Below, piece after piece: positions 10,246 through 20,658 of a stretch of DNA of 64,000 nucleotides; position 1 is the first letter of the stretch; every line of letters begins with the position of its first letter. The stretch covers positions 992,001-1,056,000 of the forward strand of contig AP024664.1 in NCBI GenBank assembly GCA_024346625.1, given 5' to 3'. Source of the DNA: Williopsis jadinii. Lineage: Eukaryota. A model generated the notes under the pieces. The model ran no database searches. It was not told the DNA's origin and saw only the letters and a program-made list of their open reading frames with translations. A program made the position numbers and the translations under genes.

Positions 10246-11730
10246 ATGTCGAGCGTATCGATTGCCGAAGAGGACGGAGAAACCAGGGCTTCATTCACTG
10301 GACGCTCTTCGTCGCTAGCAGAAAGAATTGGCGGTGAGCCGGAGCCGCAGAGCTCTCCATTGCTATCATCAACGCCCGTGACAGTTTCCAGAGTGTTGGT
10401 TCGTGCATATCCGTACTTGATCATTGCTGATAAGGTGCTCAGTGTGTTGACTTGGACCGGTGACGATGTGTGGGTGAGTACGCTGGTATTGGCCGTGTAT
10501 GCCGCGCTGGTTCTGTACTTTGAGTCTGTTGTGACGTTCTTTGGACACATCTCCATTGTGGCGTTGTTGGTTGGATACTCCTTCATGGACAAATGCGTGG
10601 AACAACAGATCAACGAAAAGCCTACTTTGGATGACATTGTGCATTTGCTTACGAGTCTGAACGTGAAGGCAGATCTGTTTTTGAATCCAATAACGTCTTT
10701 GGCGTTGACCTCATACGATATCAAGAGAATCTTGTTCACGACCATATTTCTATCCCCGTTGTATGTCATTCTGACATTCTTCATCTTCACACCACGGTCT
10801 TTCCTCCTAACTTTTGGACTCTATGTTCTGTCGTACCATTCCTCGTTCTCGAGAGTCACACGAAAGATGCTCTGGAAATTCAGAATGGTTAGATTGTTGT
10901 CATTTTACTTGACAGGTTTGGACTTTGGAGGTATAAACATCAACAAGGACTCGGGCATCTTTGCCGCTGTCAAGCGTGTCAATGAAAAGGTCGGAATCCA
11001 AAACAAAGACGGCAAACCTATACTGTTCACATATGTGCTCTATGAGAACCAACGTCGTTGGTTGGGTATTGGCTGGACGGCAAACCTCTTGAGTTATGAA
11101 CGTACTGCTTGGACAGATGAGTTCTTGAATGAGTCCTCTCCTACTGATAAATTCACACTACCGGACACCGAAGAAGGCTCTGGCCTAGCTTGGAGGTGGG
11201 TTGACAAGACTTGGAGATTGGATCTTACGAATGATGGCGCTATTCAACTTCCTTCCTCTAAACCAAAGACCACAGCAAATCCAAATTCAGACGATGGTTA
11301 CATCTATTACGATAACACTTGGAAGAAACCGTCCACAGAGGATTCATTTTCCAAATACACACGTCGCAGACGTTGGATACGTACTGCCGAGATGGTTCCA
11401 GTGAATGCTCCACCTTCAACCTCAAAAGCTTCAGTGGATCGTGTTACAACCCCACATGAACCTACACCGGTGATTGAGGTTTCCAATGTTAAGGCCTCAG
11501 GCTCCACTTCAACGTCAGCTTCTAAGGAAAACACACCATTGAAACGTAAGAGCATAAGGTTTGACGACACACCAAAGGTTCTTGAAGCAGTGTTACAACA
11601 ACAGGAAAAGCGTAAGGTATCATTTGGAGAACATAACGTAATCGTTGAAACCCCAACGGAGAATACAAAAGTGGAGGACAAGACCGCAGATGAAACCGAA
11701 ACTGAGATGGACCATGAAAAGATTGATTAA
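10246..11730 (+). CDS. PEX30: Pex30/Pex31 (Pex23 family) peroxin with reticulon-like and dysferlin domains
   Basis: YENQRRWLGIGW, WRWVDKTW, KYTRRRRWIR. First ATG is at 10246; the track start is a TTG. Confidence 0.88.
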   Translation: MSSVSIAEEDGETRASFTGRSSSLAERIGGEPEPQSSPLLSSTPVTVSRVLVRAYPYLIIADKVLSVLTWTGDDVWVSTLVLAVYAALVLYFESVVTFFGHISIVALLVGYSFMDKCVEQQINEKPTLDDIVHLLTSLNVKADLFLNPITSLALTSYDIKRILFTTIFLSPLYVILTFFIFTPRSFLLTFGLYVLSYHSSFSRVTRKMLWKFRMVRLLSFYLTGLDFGGININKDSGIFAAVKRVNEKVGIQNKDGKPILFTYVLYENQRRWLGIGWTANLLSYERTAWTDEFLNESSPTDKFTLPDTEEGSGLAWRWVDKTWRLDLTNDGAIQLPSSKPKTTANPNSDDGYIYYDNTWKKPSTEDSFSKYTRRRRWIRTAEMVPVNAPPSTSKASVDRVTTPHEPTPVIEVSNVKASGSTSTSASKENTPLKRKSIRFDDTPKVLEAVLQQQEKRKVSFGEHNVIVETPTENTKVEDKTADETETEMDHEKID

Positions 11731-11916
11731 CAATAACCAATATACAGCATACAGAACTACATATCTTGCTACGATGATGACCTGCTCTCCTTTTGCTTAA
11801 AAAAAGAGGGCCTATTCTCTCCAAATATGCTTTTGTACATTATGACATTTGAACATGAAACCACCGGAAAAGAAAATTACACCAAACAGTAGAATAAAAC
11901 TTTTAAATCATATCAA

Positions 11917-12294
11917 TTAGATTTGAGTAACCTCCAAAGTGGATGGAAGAGCTTGTTGCAACTTCTTAGCCTTGTCCTCATCGGCAACAATCAAGGTGTA
12001 CAAGTGTCTAGAACCTCTAACTTTGAACTTGGTTTGCTTGGAAACCTTACCGGCAGCGTTGATCTTCTTGTTGACCTTGATGGAAGCAGACTTAACGTCA
12101 GCTCTTCTGGTCAATTCAAGGAACTTCTTGATGTCTTTGATTTCTCTCTGCAATTCGTGAGTTAGTATACAACGTTCCTTCATGTTTTCCGAAACAGCGA
12201 TGGAGCGAGGAACATCTCAAATGAACATAGTTAACGAGCACTTCATTCTGACAACATCCATCTCTCCGGTTCGTTCGTAGATACCTACAGCCAT
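11917..12294 (-). CDS. RPL38: 60S ribosomal protein L38 (eL38), 2 exons: 12294-12289 and 12147-11917, 78 aa
   Basis: ATG GCT|GTAGGT...TACTAAC...CAG|AGA GAA ATC restores MAREIKDIKKFLELTRRADV...KFKVRGSRHLYTL. Confidence 0.93.
12148..12288 (-). other. Spliceosomal intron of RPL38 (141 nt)
   Basis: Donor GTAGGT, branch TACTAAC (12167-12161), acceptor CAG. Confidence 0.88.
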
Positions 12295-12624
12295 TGTTGT
12301 ATAAGTTTGATGTTACGACTTCCTCTTGTGTTCACCAGAAACCATCTAAGATGTACCCAAATTGGTTTTTTCCACAGCGAGCGTGGGTAATTTTCACCTG
12401 GTGTTGGGATGTTTTTCAAAATGAAAAAATAGCAGTCACACAAAATGTTCAAGTCGCTGGACAAGCGCAACACAGTTGGCTGAAGCTCCTTAGAAGACAT
12501 GGCTAAACCCTTTCTGTATAATTGTATATAGATGCTCGAAGCCAGGTTTGAGTGAGCATCTTGATGGACAACGTCCAATCTTGCAACTAGTGGAAATCCT
12601 GGGCTGCTTGATCAATTATTGTGT

Positions 12625-12637
12625 GGTGTATGGATGT
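12625..12637 (-). promoter_or_regulatory. Rap1-type RPG box ACATCCATACACC upstream of RPL38
   Basis: Close match to the Rap1 consensus about 330 bp upstream of the ATG, oriented as in S. cerevisiae RP promoters. Confidence 0.65.
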
Positions 12638-12758
12638 ATTATGACACATACCGAGGACACTCTCTTCTCCATCTATGTCTTGAAGATATTGTATCCCTAT
12701 TAAACGCATTACAAACTAGAATGAGTCATAACAATGTCATTATACACAACTACACGAG

Positions 12759-13958
12759 CTATAAAACATCCTCCATTTCAACGTCCTCCTCGTTGTCCTC
12801 CTCCTCATCGTCTTCATTATCCTTCGCCAATTCACCAAGTCTCTCAGCCCTCTCTTGGTCCTTCAGCTCTTTGAATTCCTTCTTTAGAGTATACTTCAAC
12901 GCGTATGGACCTCTCTTAATAAGCACCGCAACTTGTTCCAGGTTCTCTTTCAAATAGGCCTCTGGTTGCTTGGTACGTTCCTTCAATCCCTTCAATGACC
13001 AATAGTCATATTGGTCAAAGAGCTTGAACAACAAGTCAAAGAGATCCTTCTGAGGCATACGGATCGCCCTTCCATCGTTCTTGTTCTTCTTCTCGATACT
13101 AGGTTTCAAGAACGATGAAGTATCAGTTCTCAACGTCAGACCAGCGTTACTCAACGACACACCAGAGTGTTCCTGTAGCAACGTAACACTCGGTCTTGGC
13201 TCCTCCTTCATCAGTTGACTTCTCTGTGCAATGATCTTCGAGTAGTTTGGATCCTTTAACGATGGCACTATTTGAGCCTCATGCACAACTGTTCCCACCA
13301 ACGCAGTCTTCTTTGGAATGGTCTTGACGAACGGCAACACTTTTTCACTTCCGTCTCTATTCTTGAACTTATTGAATCTTCTGCGTCTCTTCATTGCGAT
13401 TTGTATTCTCTTGTGCTTTTCCCTCTCCTCCTTCGTCATATCTTCCTCTTTCTTTGGATTCTTCTTTGTGAAGTCCAGTTCTGTCTTCGAATCGTCTCTC
13501 TCGGTAAATCTTTGCAAGTTCTGCTCGGTAAACACGTACTGGTTCTCAACCTGTGCTCTTGTCAACTGCAAATCGTAGTTATGTGGTATCTCTGAGTTTG
13601 TACTGTCAGAGTTCAACACCAGCTTCGCAACTCCACGTTGATCAAGGGGCAAATCACGTCTAATCTTCACTTTCCCCAGCTCTTGTCCTTTGAGCGAGCC
13701 ATGGTCACGCCACCGCTCAGCCAGGAACCGTGGAACCCTCACGAGCCAGACTTGCTGGTCAATTCCCTTCATATCCAGGTTCAACGACTCCGCAATCTGG
13801 GTGGCGTCGTTCGCATCAACAACCTCTGCACTATCGGAGAGAAACTCTTCATCGTCACTGTTATCGTTGTTCTGCTGTTGGATCAAGATCTCTTGCTCTT
13901 TAGTCAATTGAGGCTCCGCAGGAGCATCTTTTTTCTTCGTCTTCGGTTCCACTGACAT
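12759..13958 (-). CDS. TFG2: TFIIF beta subunit
   Basis: VWLVRVPRFLAERW, FVKTIPKKTALVG, C-terminal winged helix (LFKLFDQYDYWSLKGLKERTKQPEAYLKE). Confidence 0.93.
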   Translation of the reverse strand: MSVEPKTKKKDAPAEPQLTKEQEILIQQQNNDNSDDEEFLSDSAEVVDANDATQIAESLNLDMKGIDQQVWLVRVPRFLAERWRDHGSLKGQELGKVKIRRDLPLDQRGVAKLVLNSDSTNSEIPHNYDLQLTRAQVENQYVFTEQNLQRFTERDDSKTELDFTKKNPKKEEDMTKEEREKHKRIQIAMKRRRRFNKFKNRDGSEKVLPFVKTIPKKTALVGTVVHEAQIVPSLKDPNYSKIIAQRSQLMKEEPRPSVTLLQEHSGVSLSNAGLTLRTDTSSFLKPSIEKKNKNDGRAIRMPQKDLFDLLFKLFDQYDYWSLKGLKERTKQPEAYLKENLEQVAVLIKRGPYALKYTLKKEFKELKDQERAERLGELAKDNEDDEEEDNEEDVEMEDVL

Positions 13959-14213
13959 CCCCTTCCCTTCTTTTATGGTTCAACAGTGTGGTGGAAGTAG
14001 CTGATTGCCTATCTTTCTGGCCGCGGAGCTTTGGGCTGCTGGTTTGGCCCGGTAGAAGTTTTTTCCCTCTGGAGTTTCGCGGGCCAACCCTGCCTGGGCC
14101 CGCTGGAACTCCCCTGGGCCCAGAGGACTACGGGCAGGCACCACGGAAGGGACAAGCCGACACCAGCAGGGAGAGCACAGGGAGAGCACAGTGAGATTGA
14201 AAGAAGAGAAAGG

Positions 14214-14840
14214 ATGGTCGAAGTGGAGCCTAAGCGGGATAGAAGCGACAGTGCTGGAGCCAGTGGCGATGGCTCTGTGAAGAAACGGCGAACGGAGGTG
14301 CCTACAGAGGACGCAACGGCTGGAGGGGACCATGGCGATGTTGACGGTGATGGTGAGAACACTGGCGACACGCCACCAGAGCTGGTGATAACGCTGCGAG
14401 AGATTGAATCACCGGATGATAAAGAGCTGCCTATGAGGCTGAATCGTTACATCAAGTACATACTGAAGCTATGGGAGGAGTCACCTTCAGGCTTACTCCT
14501 GGATACAAAGAAGGCGCTGTTTCCCATGTTGGTCAAGCTGAGGAAGAATACGCTGCCAGTCGACCATCTCACCTCCCTGATGACGATCTTCTACCATCTA
14601 CAGCGTGCTGAGTACATGAAGGCCAACGAGTCCTACATGAAGCTGAGCATTGGGAACGTTGCCTGGCCCATTGGTGTGATAAGCATCAGTATCCACGCGA
14701 GATCTACGCAGAGCCGGTTGGCAGGTGGTAAGGCAAACATCATGCTGGATGAACAGACGAGGAAGTGGATCACTGGAGTGAAGAGACTGATCACGTTCAT
14801 GGAGCAGAGACAGTATGAAACAACTACAAGCGGTAGCTAA
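14214..14840 (+). CDS. PRP18: Second-step splicing factor Prp18
   Basis: YMKLSIGNVAWPIGV...IHAR...ANIMLDEQTRKWI. First ATG at 14214. Confidence 0.9.
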   Translation: MVEVEPKRDRSDSAGASGDGSVKKRRTEVPTEDATAGGDHGDVDGDGENTGDTPPELVITLREIESPDDKELPMRLNRYIKYILKLWEESPSGLLLDTKKALFPMLVKLRKNTLPVDHLTSLMTIFYHLQRAEYMKANESYMKLSIGNVAWPIGVISISIHARSTQSRLAGGKANIMLDEQTRKWITGVKRLITFMEQRQYETTTSGS

Positions 14841-15003
14841 TTGGTTCGATAGCCAGATCTGTTTTCGCTCTCATTCTGTATATTTGTAGGCTGATGTAGT
14901 GTGTGTAGTGAGGCATCGCGATGTAAGGAAACTTTCACACTTGTTCCACTTTCCACACAACATCAAACCGAAAGGGCGTCCGAAAACTGAACTTGAGGGC
15001 TCA

Positions 15004-16374
15004 ATGGAGGACAAGCTAGTGATACCAGACGATTCCACAGGTGATGCGACTATTGAGACCTTGAATGAGTGTAAACAGAGGGAGTTGGCGTTCTTTGACG
15101 AGGTTGTGCAGGGCTACGTCGTTGTCAAGAGGGACGGAACAGAAGTCGTTAAGAATCCCACTGCCACAGTTATCGTTAGAGGAGTGAATGGTCAATCAAG
15201 CGAGGTTTCCAGTGTGCAGTTGGAGCTGCAAAGTTCCACAGATTGTGTGGATCTCTATGGCATCTCATGCTTCGTGTCCTTTCCGAAGATCAAGCTCGAT
15301 GAGCCGTCTCTGCAGTTGACCTTTGACTGTCAAGTTGAGCAGAAAGCGGTGGTGGTGGACCATAGTACCCATATACTGCCATCTGGATACCCTGCTGATA
15401 GGAGAAACTTGCTGTCGAGCTTGAAATCCGTGACTGATCAGTATGACAACATTCTATTGGACTCACTGGTGAAGGACAACAAGGTTGACAATAACACTCT
15501 ACGAGAACAGCAGGATGAAACCGTGGCTGGTCCTCAGATATCAGGACCACGCCAGGTATCACTGTCGTTGGAGATACCAATAATACGGTTGTTGAACTTA
15601 CGAGTCCGGAACGTCCGTACTTGTCCAAATAAGGTCCTCTCAACCATTGATATTGAACCGTCTTCAAGGGCCAAGGGTTACAAGCTCTGCATTTCAATTG
15701 ATTCTTTAAAGTACCACTTCCAAAGGGCAATAACGGAGAAATTCCATGTCAAGTTCCCCTTAATGTTGGAAAGCAATGACTCCTTCAGTTTCACTTTCCA
15801 ATTGGACTCGTACGAATTGATCATATACAAGACTCTGATTGAAGTTGACTATTCATGCTCACAGAGAAAGATAAAGACCAAATTGGTTACAAGCGTCGAC
15901 TTCTTATCACAATTCACTGATCACTCACAGCAAAGCTTGAAGCAAAACTCACTAGCACAGGCAATTCAGATCAAATTCATCGGCTCAAAGCATGCGAAAC
16001 TGGGACACCCTTTCTATCTGAAGGTTCGTGTGGTGAACACTTCCTCCAAGACACGAAATCTAGTCCTTGTATTCAACTCTACAGACCAGAACCTACCAAG
16101 CATACCAAAACTACCCACGCCAGTGTATCCTAGTCTCTCCTTGCTGAAGAACTATACAAGCTCAAAGGTTCGCACTGTTGGAGTTATAAGCCTGTGCAAC
16201 GAGGTACACTTCAAATGCGATCCTGGAAGGGTATTTGATAACGAAATCACCCTGATGGGACTACAATTGGGAGTCTACAACATGCACGGTGTGAAATTGG
16301 TGGACGTGAACACCGGTGAAACGATAAACTGTGATAAATACCTAGAGATCGTGGTTGAAGATGGCGAGAGTTAG
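15004..16374 (+). CDS. TRS65: Probable TRAPPII subunit Trs65
   Basis: Beta-sandwich-like C-terminus (GVISLCNE...GVYNMHGVKLVD...GE) resembling Trs65. First ATG at 15004. Identity is by recollection and divergent. Confidence 0.55.
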   Translation: MEDKLVIPDDSTGDATIETLNECKQRELAFFDEVVQGYVVVKRDGTEVVKNPTATVIVRGVNGQSSEVSSVQLELQSSTDCVDLYGISCFVSFPKIKLDEPSLQLTFDCQVEQKAVVVDHSTHILPSGYPADRRNLLSSLKSVTDQYDNILLDSLVKDNKVDNNTLREQQDETVAGPQISGPRQVSLSLEIPIIRLLNLRVRNVRTCPNKVLSTIDIEPSSRAKGYKLCISIDSLKYHFQRAITEKFHVKFPLMLESNDSFSFTFQLDSYELIIYKTLIEVDYSCSQRKIKTKLVTSVDFLSQFTDHSQQSLKQNSLAQAIQIKFIGSKHAKLGHPFYLKVRVVNTSSKTRNLVLVFNSTDQNLPSIPKLPTPVYPSLSLLKNYTSSKVRTVGVISLCNEVHFKCDPGRVFDNEITLMGLQLGVYNMHGVKLVDVNTGETINCDKYLEIVVEDGES

Positions 16375-18786
16375 CTAATCCACCAGAATTTCCATGAATT
16401 CATGTCCCAGTTTCTCATAATTCTTTCTGAATCCAAATAGCATGTCTCTTTTACGTCTTTGAGGAACTTGTAACAGCAAGGGCTCAAAGGTTCTGATGAT
16501 GGCCTCCTTGTCAAGGCCGGAACTCACACAGAGTCTAAGGAAGCTTCCAATATAGATCAAAACGTTGGCCCTCAAAGGTGGGAGGTTCTCCAGTATACGT
16601 TCCATGACCTGCTCGTCATCCTGGAAGTTGTCCAATAGATACACTGTTAGGTTCTCAGGAACAACACCACCATCCAAGTTTCTCAATAGCAAGAGTAAGA
16701 CCCTTGCAACAGCCATACTGGAGCTGCTGTTCAAAATCTCGTCGGCCTTTGCCAACTCCTTCTTGTCCAATGGCTTGCCTTCGTTGATCCACTGAATGAT
16801 CTTGCTCTCCAAATCATTCGTAAAGCTGAGAATCTTTTCGTTGAACATCTCTTTTCTTAAGTGTGTAGACAAGTAGTTGATCAATGTGTAGATTGGCTGA
16901 GGAATGCCACCGTGTGCATCACCGTGGAGCTCATCTAACGTAACACCGAAATAACTTGGTTTAGCAACCCATTTCAACGTTAAGAAGTAGTCCTGGGCAG
17001 TGTACGCCCTCAAGATAACCGTCTTGGTGAGAGATTTACACCCAATTGGTAACTTGGTGGTGAATGAAAGCCACTGCTCACCTGTTTTCGGCAAGACACC
17101 ACGTTGAGGCTCTGTAGTGGATCTTATGGCTTTAATTGGTGTCTTTGAGTCAATGTTATCCACTGCATCCATAATCTCCCAATATGTCTTGTAATTACCA
17201 GTGTTCTCAAGATGCACTCTGATTGTTGATGGTGTGATTACTTGTGTTTCCACTGTGCTTTCAAGGTCTTTGATATCCAAAGTGGTTCTTCGAGTGTTCT
17301 CCTTCTCATCAATTTCACTCAAAAGCCCTGTGACAATCTTCTCACGTACCTCGTTGTTTATCAACGGTAGCTTGAGAGAAAGGTCACAGATCACAGGCCT
17401 ATGGTCGGACAGAACAATATTCGGTGATTCATAAGATGTGATGGTGCAGTATTCAGACTCTGAATGTAAAATACGGTCTGTATACGAAGGTGTTCTGTTC
17501 AAATCATATTCCCCAGTTCCCTTGTTGATCTTATAACTTGGAGGGAATTTGATATCACCTTCAGTGAAGTTTTGTAAGACGGAGCCATCAGACCTCTCCC
17601 TGGTGAGGGCATCGTGTTGTAATAAACTGTTGAAATCACCTTCTTTGATCAGCTTGGAGACCTTCTCACTTCTGCAATGGATTCTATAGTTCAAATCACC
17701 ACCAATGATGATGATATTCTTGTCCTGGTCAACCGTGTCGTCCACTGCTTGTGTTTCAATTTTAGAAAGGTTATGCTCTTGCTCATCGTCATCATCTTCA
17801 TCTGGAGTAGACTCGCTATTGTCCGAGTCATTCTTCTGTTCAGCATCCTGTTCCTCGTCACTTTCAATCTCCAACTCGTCCAATTGCTCGGGTAGTTGAT
17901 CCACGTCGAACAATACACCTGGGTCCGAAGAGACCAATTTGCCCTTTGACTGTGGTAATTTGATATAACTCTTGATTGCACTCAACTCACGTCTTCTCTT
18001 CAGCACAAACTGCTCACTCTCACCTGCTGCAAAGTGGCAATCCAATAGAGTGAAGTTGAACTCTCTGATGGAGAAACTCGTTGCAATTGCACCCTTGTTC
18101 CCGAACAGGTTCAAGACCCCTGTGCCTATAGAGTCGATGTGAATGTCTGAAAAGTTCAGAAACAATGACTTCTTTGATATCAATATCGACGCCAATCCCA
18201 GCAGCTTGTTCGTTTTTATTACCCTATACGTTGATCCCAGTAAGGAGAGGATCTTTTCGGCCCAAGAATCCACTGGTGCCTGCGATGATCTGAAATTCTT
18301 TGCATTTAACGGGATAACCTCTTGGAACGCAACGTATACAACGTCAAAATCACCCTTAAACAGCTCGCTGATGCTATTGTCTGCTGTTGTATACAACGGC
18401 TCCCCCGCTAGGTTCCAAGTGATATAGCGCAGCTTTAACTCCCTCTGCTCTATGAATTCGTTCTCACGTTCAGACAGTCGCTTGTGAAAGCCTGGTGTTA
18501 GGTTCTCCCCTTCACCGACGGCTCCCAAGAACTCTATGGCTTCGTCCCACAGACTCTTGAACTCCTCAACGGCAGCTTCATCACCACACCCCAAGTCCTG
18601 TCCCTGGAATTTAACGTTTGTCTTCGACTTGGTCCCTGTGACTTGCAATGTGTCATTCTCCGTCAGCGGGAAGAACCCTTCATAACAGTCCTTGCTGTTC
18701 GGCTTCAAGGCATAACGAGGGATGTCTTCATCCCCGTCCGCAGGGAAAAGATACAGCGTATAAAGACTCAGCCTAAGCAACACCAT
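16375..18786 (-). CDS. Inositol polyphosphate 5-phosphatase, OCRL/INPP5B-like, with ASH-like and RhoGAP-like C-terminus
   Basis: ITWNLAG, AFQE, GNKG, CHFAAG, GDLNYRI, PPSYK, PSYTDRIL, SDHRPV; then LENTG..W and FGVTLDEL...IPQPI...LPPLRANVLIYIGSFL. No Sac1 domain. First ATG at 18786. Confidence 0.85.
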   Translation of the reverse strand: MVLLRLSLYTLYLFPADGDEDIPRYALKPNSKDCYEGFFPLTENDTLQVTGTKSKTNVKFQGQDLGCGDEAAVEEFKSLWDEAIEFLGAVGEGENLTPGFHKRLSERENEFIEQRELKLRYITWNLAGEPLYTTADNSISELFKGDFDVVYVAFQEVIPLNAKNFRSSQAPVDSWAEKILSLLGSTYRVIKTNKLLGLASILISKKSLFLNFSDIHIDSIGTGVLNLFGNKGAIATSFSIREFNFTLLDCHFAAGESEQFVLKRRRELSAIKSYIKLPQSKGKLVSSDPGVLFDVDQLPEQLDELEIESDEEQDAEQKNDSDNSESTPDEDDDDEQEHNLSKIETQAVDDTVDQDKNIIIIGGDLNYRIHCRSEKVSKLIKEGDFNSLLQHDALTRERSDGSVLQNFTEGDIKFPPSYKINKGTGEYDLNRTPSYTDRILHSESEYCTITSYESPNIVLSDHRPVICDLSLKLPLINNEVREKIVTGLLSEIDEKENTRRTTLDIKDLESTVETQVITPSTIRVHLENTGNYKTYWEIMDAVDNIDSKTPIKAIRSTTEPQRGVLPKTGEQWLSFTTKLPIGCKSLTKTVILRAYTAQDYFLTLKWVAKPSYFGVTLDELHGDAHGGIPQPIYTLINYLSTHLRKEMFNEKILSFTNDLESKIIQWINEGKPLDKKELAKADEILNSSSSMAVARVLLLLLRNLDGGVVPENLTVYLLDNFQDDEQVMERILENLPPLRANVLIYIGSFLRLCVSSGLDKEAIIRTFEPLLLQVPQRRKRDMLFGFRKNYEKLGHEFMEILVD

Positions 18787-19029
18787 TACCTCTCTGCCAA
18801 TGTGCGCCAGTAGTGTCGCCAATGTGTGTTTAACTGTGAGGCGCGTAGGTGACTTCCTTTCTCTGAATTTTCCCTCCAGGCTGTGTGTTTACTGTTTTTT
18901 ATGGCTCGTGTTAAAATTTACATCTCACGCGATCCACCTGCAGCGCACACGCACAGGCGCTGTAACTTCGAAGCGCAGGCTGAAGACTAACCTTGAATTT
19001 TGTTTACAACTCCATTCAATCCAAAGAGA

Positions 19030-19056
19030 ATATATATATATATATATTTATATATA
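19030..19056. repeat. (TA)n tract, probable polyadenylation efficiency element 3' of the PTM1-like gene
   Basis: Interrupted TA dinucleotide run about 50 bp after the stop codon. Confidence 0.6.
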
Positions 19057-19107
19057 AAGCACCAGCTCCTTCGTTTTTATCCCTTTTGCTGCCTTTGATT
19101 GGGCCCT

Positions 19108-20658
19108 TCAGGTGGTCTTCTTGCTATTCTTTGGATCGTCAAACGGGTTTGTCGGGTCTCTGAACGGGTCCTGGTCGGAGGTGCTGGTGCGTGTGTGATC
19201 GTCACGAAGGTCGTCGTCCTCGTCGGAGCCCAGGTTGAGGCTGTCGTTGTCGCCAACGTTCTGGTACTCTGCGTCGTTCTGTGTGTCCTGGAGGGACTGG
19301 AGATCGTCCAGCTCGAAGTCGGCAGCGTTCTCTGGGTCAGTTGGCAGTTGAGAGGAGGCTGCAAGCATGTATGAAGTGTCTGTTGGTCTCCAGATGAATG
19401 CAATGAGGTTGAAGATGAAGAAGTACACCAGCGTTGGCCAGAAGTCCAGGAAGAAGAATCTGGACTTCCAGTGCTGCTCAATCATCTCAGTGGTTGACAT
19501 GCCGATAAAGATGAAGGAGGACACGATGACGCCGAATATTAGCACAAGCATCGATACAAAGATGATACGGAACAACTTTTGATACATCTGTAACTTCACG
19601 TTCTGTTTCTGCGCGTGCAACAGGGCCGTTGTCGTTGACAACGACTTCAACGTGGCAATGTAAAAGATTGCCGTTGTGATGATCACTGGGATGGCAAAGA
19701 GTCCATAGAGACCATTTTCGTCGCCTGGGTTGGCTAGGTAGTTCGTGATAATGTACAGAATTGCGCAACACAGATGGACACCTGCAAAGATACGACATTT
19801 GAGCATCAGTTTTCTATCGAGCTTAGGATAGACAATACCGTATCCCAATGAGATCACCAACAACAGGAAGAATGAAAAGGTGAACTTAATACCGTTCAGT
19901 ATGGAGACGAAGACTGTGTACACTTTCACGCCGGCATCTCCAGAGCCTTTTCTGTTGGTTAAGTCGTACAGTCCCCAAATCATGACACACTCCAACGTCA
20001 AAAACAGGTAAAATGCCATAAAGTACTTTTGTAGGGGAAGCACCTCGTGTCTATGTTTCCAAAAGTTGAACGCATAGTATGCAAAGCAAACAGCATACGC
20101 AATCGCCAACACGGCATAGAGAGGCAACTTAGGGAACTCCGAGGCTGCAATCTGACCAAACGAATTTCTAAAGTTTGCAACAACTTTGAACTTTGTAGAT
20201 CTTGTTGATGTATAGGTTGCAACGCAATAATACCCGGTGTTCTTGACGAGATATGTCTCCTCGCTGAGTCCCAATTTGTTCAGCGTGTATGCCAAAACCT
20301 CGGACTTGTTACCCTTGATGTCATCGTTGACGATGAACTGGCCCAATTTGTCTGTCTCACACACACCTTCAGATACAGCAACTTCATCACAGATGTACTT
20401 TCTGTTTCCATCGGATAAGCCAACGCCAAAGGTGTCGATGTCTTGGTACTCAAATATCACAACAGCCACCTGTACCGGTTCGGATTCGTATTTCTTCAGA
20501 TTCGTAGTGATGAACGGGTTGATGCTACCACCAAACGCCGATTTGTCGTACATACCAGAACACGTCTGCTTATAGTCCTGATCAATGGTTTCTCTATTGG
20601 CCAGTGCCCCTGTAACGAGCAACGATAACGCCGTCAGGTATTTGAGCGGCAATTGCAT
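19108..20658 (-). CDS. PTM1: GOST/LUSTR seven-transmembrane protein (Ptm1/YHL017W family)
   Basis: Signal peptide, CSGMY, TGYYCV, seven hydrophobic segments, LGYGIVYPKL, WRPT, acidic tail. Confidence 0.85.
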   Translation of the reverse strand: MQLPLKYLTALSLLVTGALANRETIDQDYKQTCSGMYDKSAFGGSINPFITTNLKKYESEPVQVAVVIFEYQDIDTFGVGLSDGNRKYICDEVAVSEGVCETDKLGQFIVNDDIKGNKSEVLAYTLNKLGLSEETYLVKNTGYYCVATYTSTRSTKFKVVANFRNSFGQIAASEFPKLPLYAVLAIAYAVCFAYYAFNFWKHRHEVLPLQKYFMAFYLFLTLECVMIWGLYDLTNRKGSGDAGVKVYTVFVSILNGIKFTFSFFLLLVISLGYGIVYPKLDRKLMLKCRIFAGVHLCCAILYIITNYLANPGDENGLYGLFAIPVIITTAIFYIATLKSLSTTTALLHAQKQNVKLQMYQKLFRIIFVSMLVLIFGVIVSSFIFIGMSTTEMIEQHWKSRFFFLDFWPTLVYFFIFNLIAFIWRPTDTSYMLAASSQLPTDPENAADFELDDLQSLQDTQNDAEYQNVGDNDSLNLGSDEDDDLRDDHTRTSTSDQDPFRDPTNPFDDPKNSKKTT

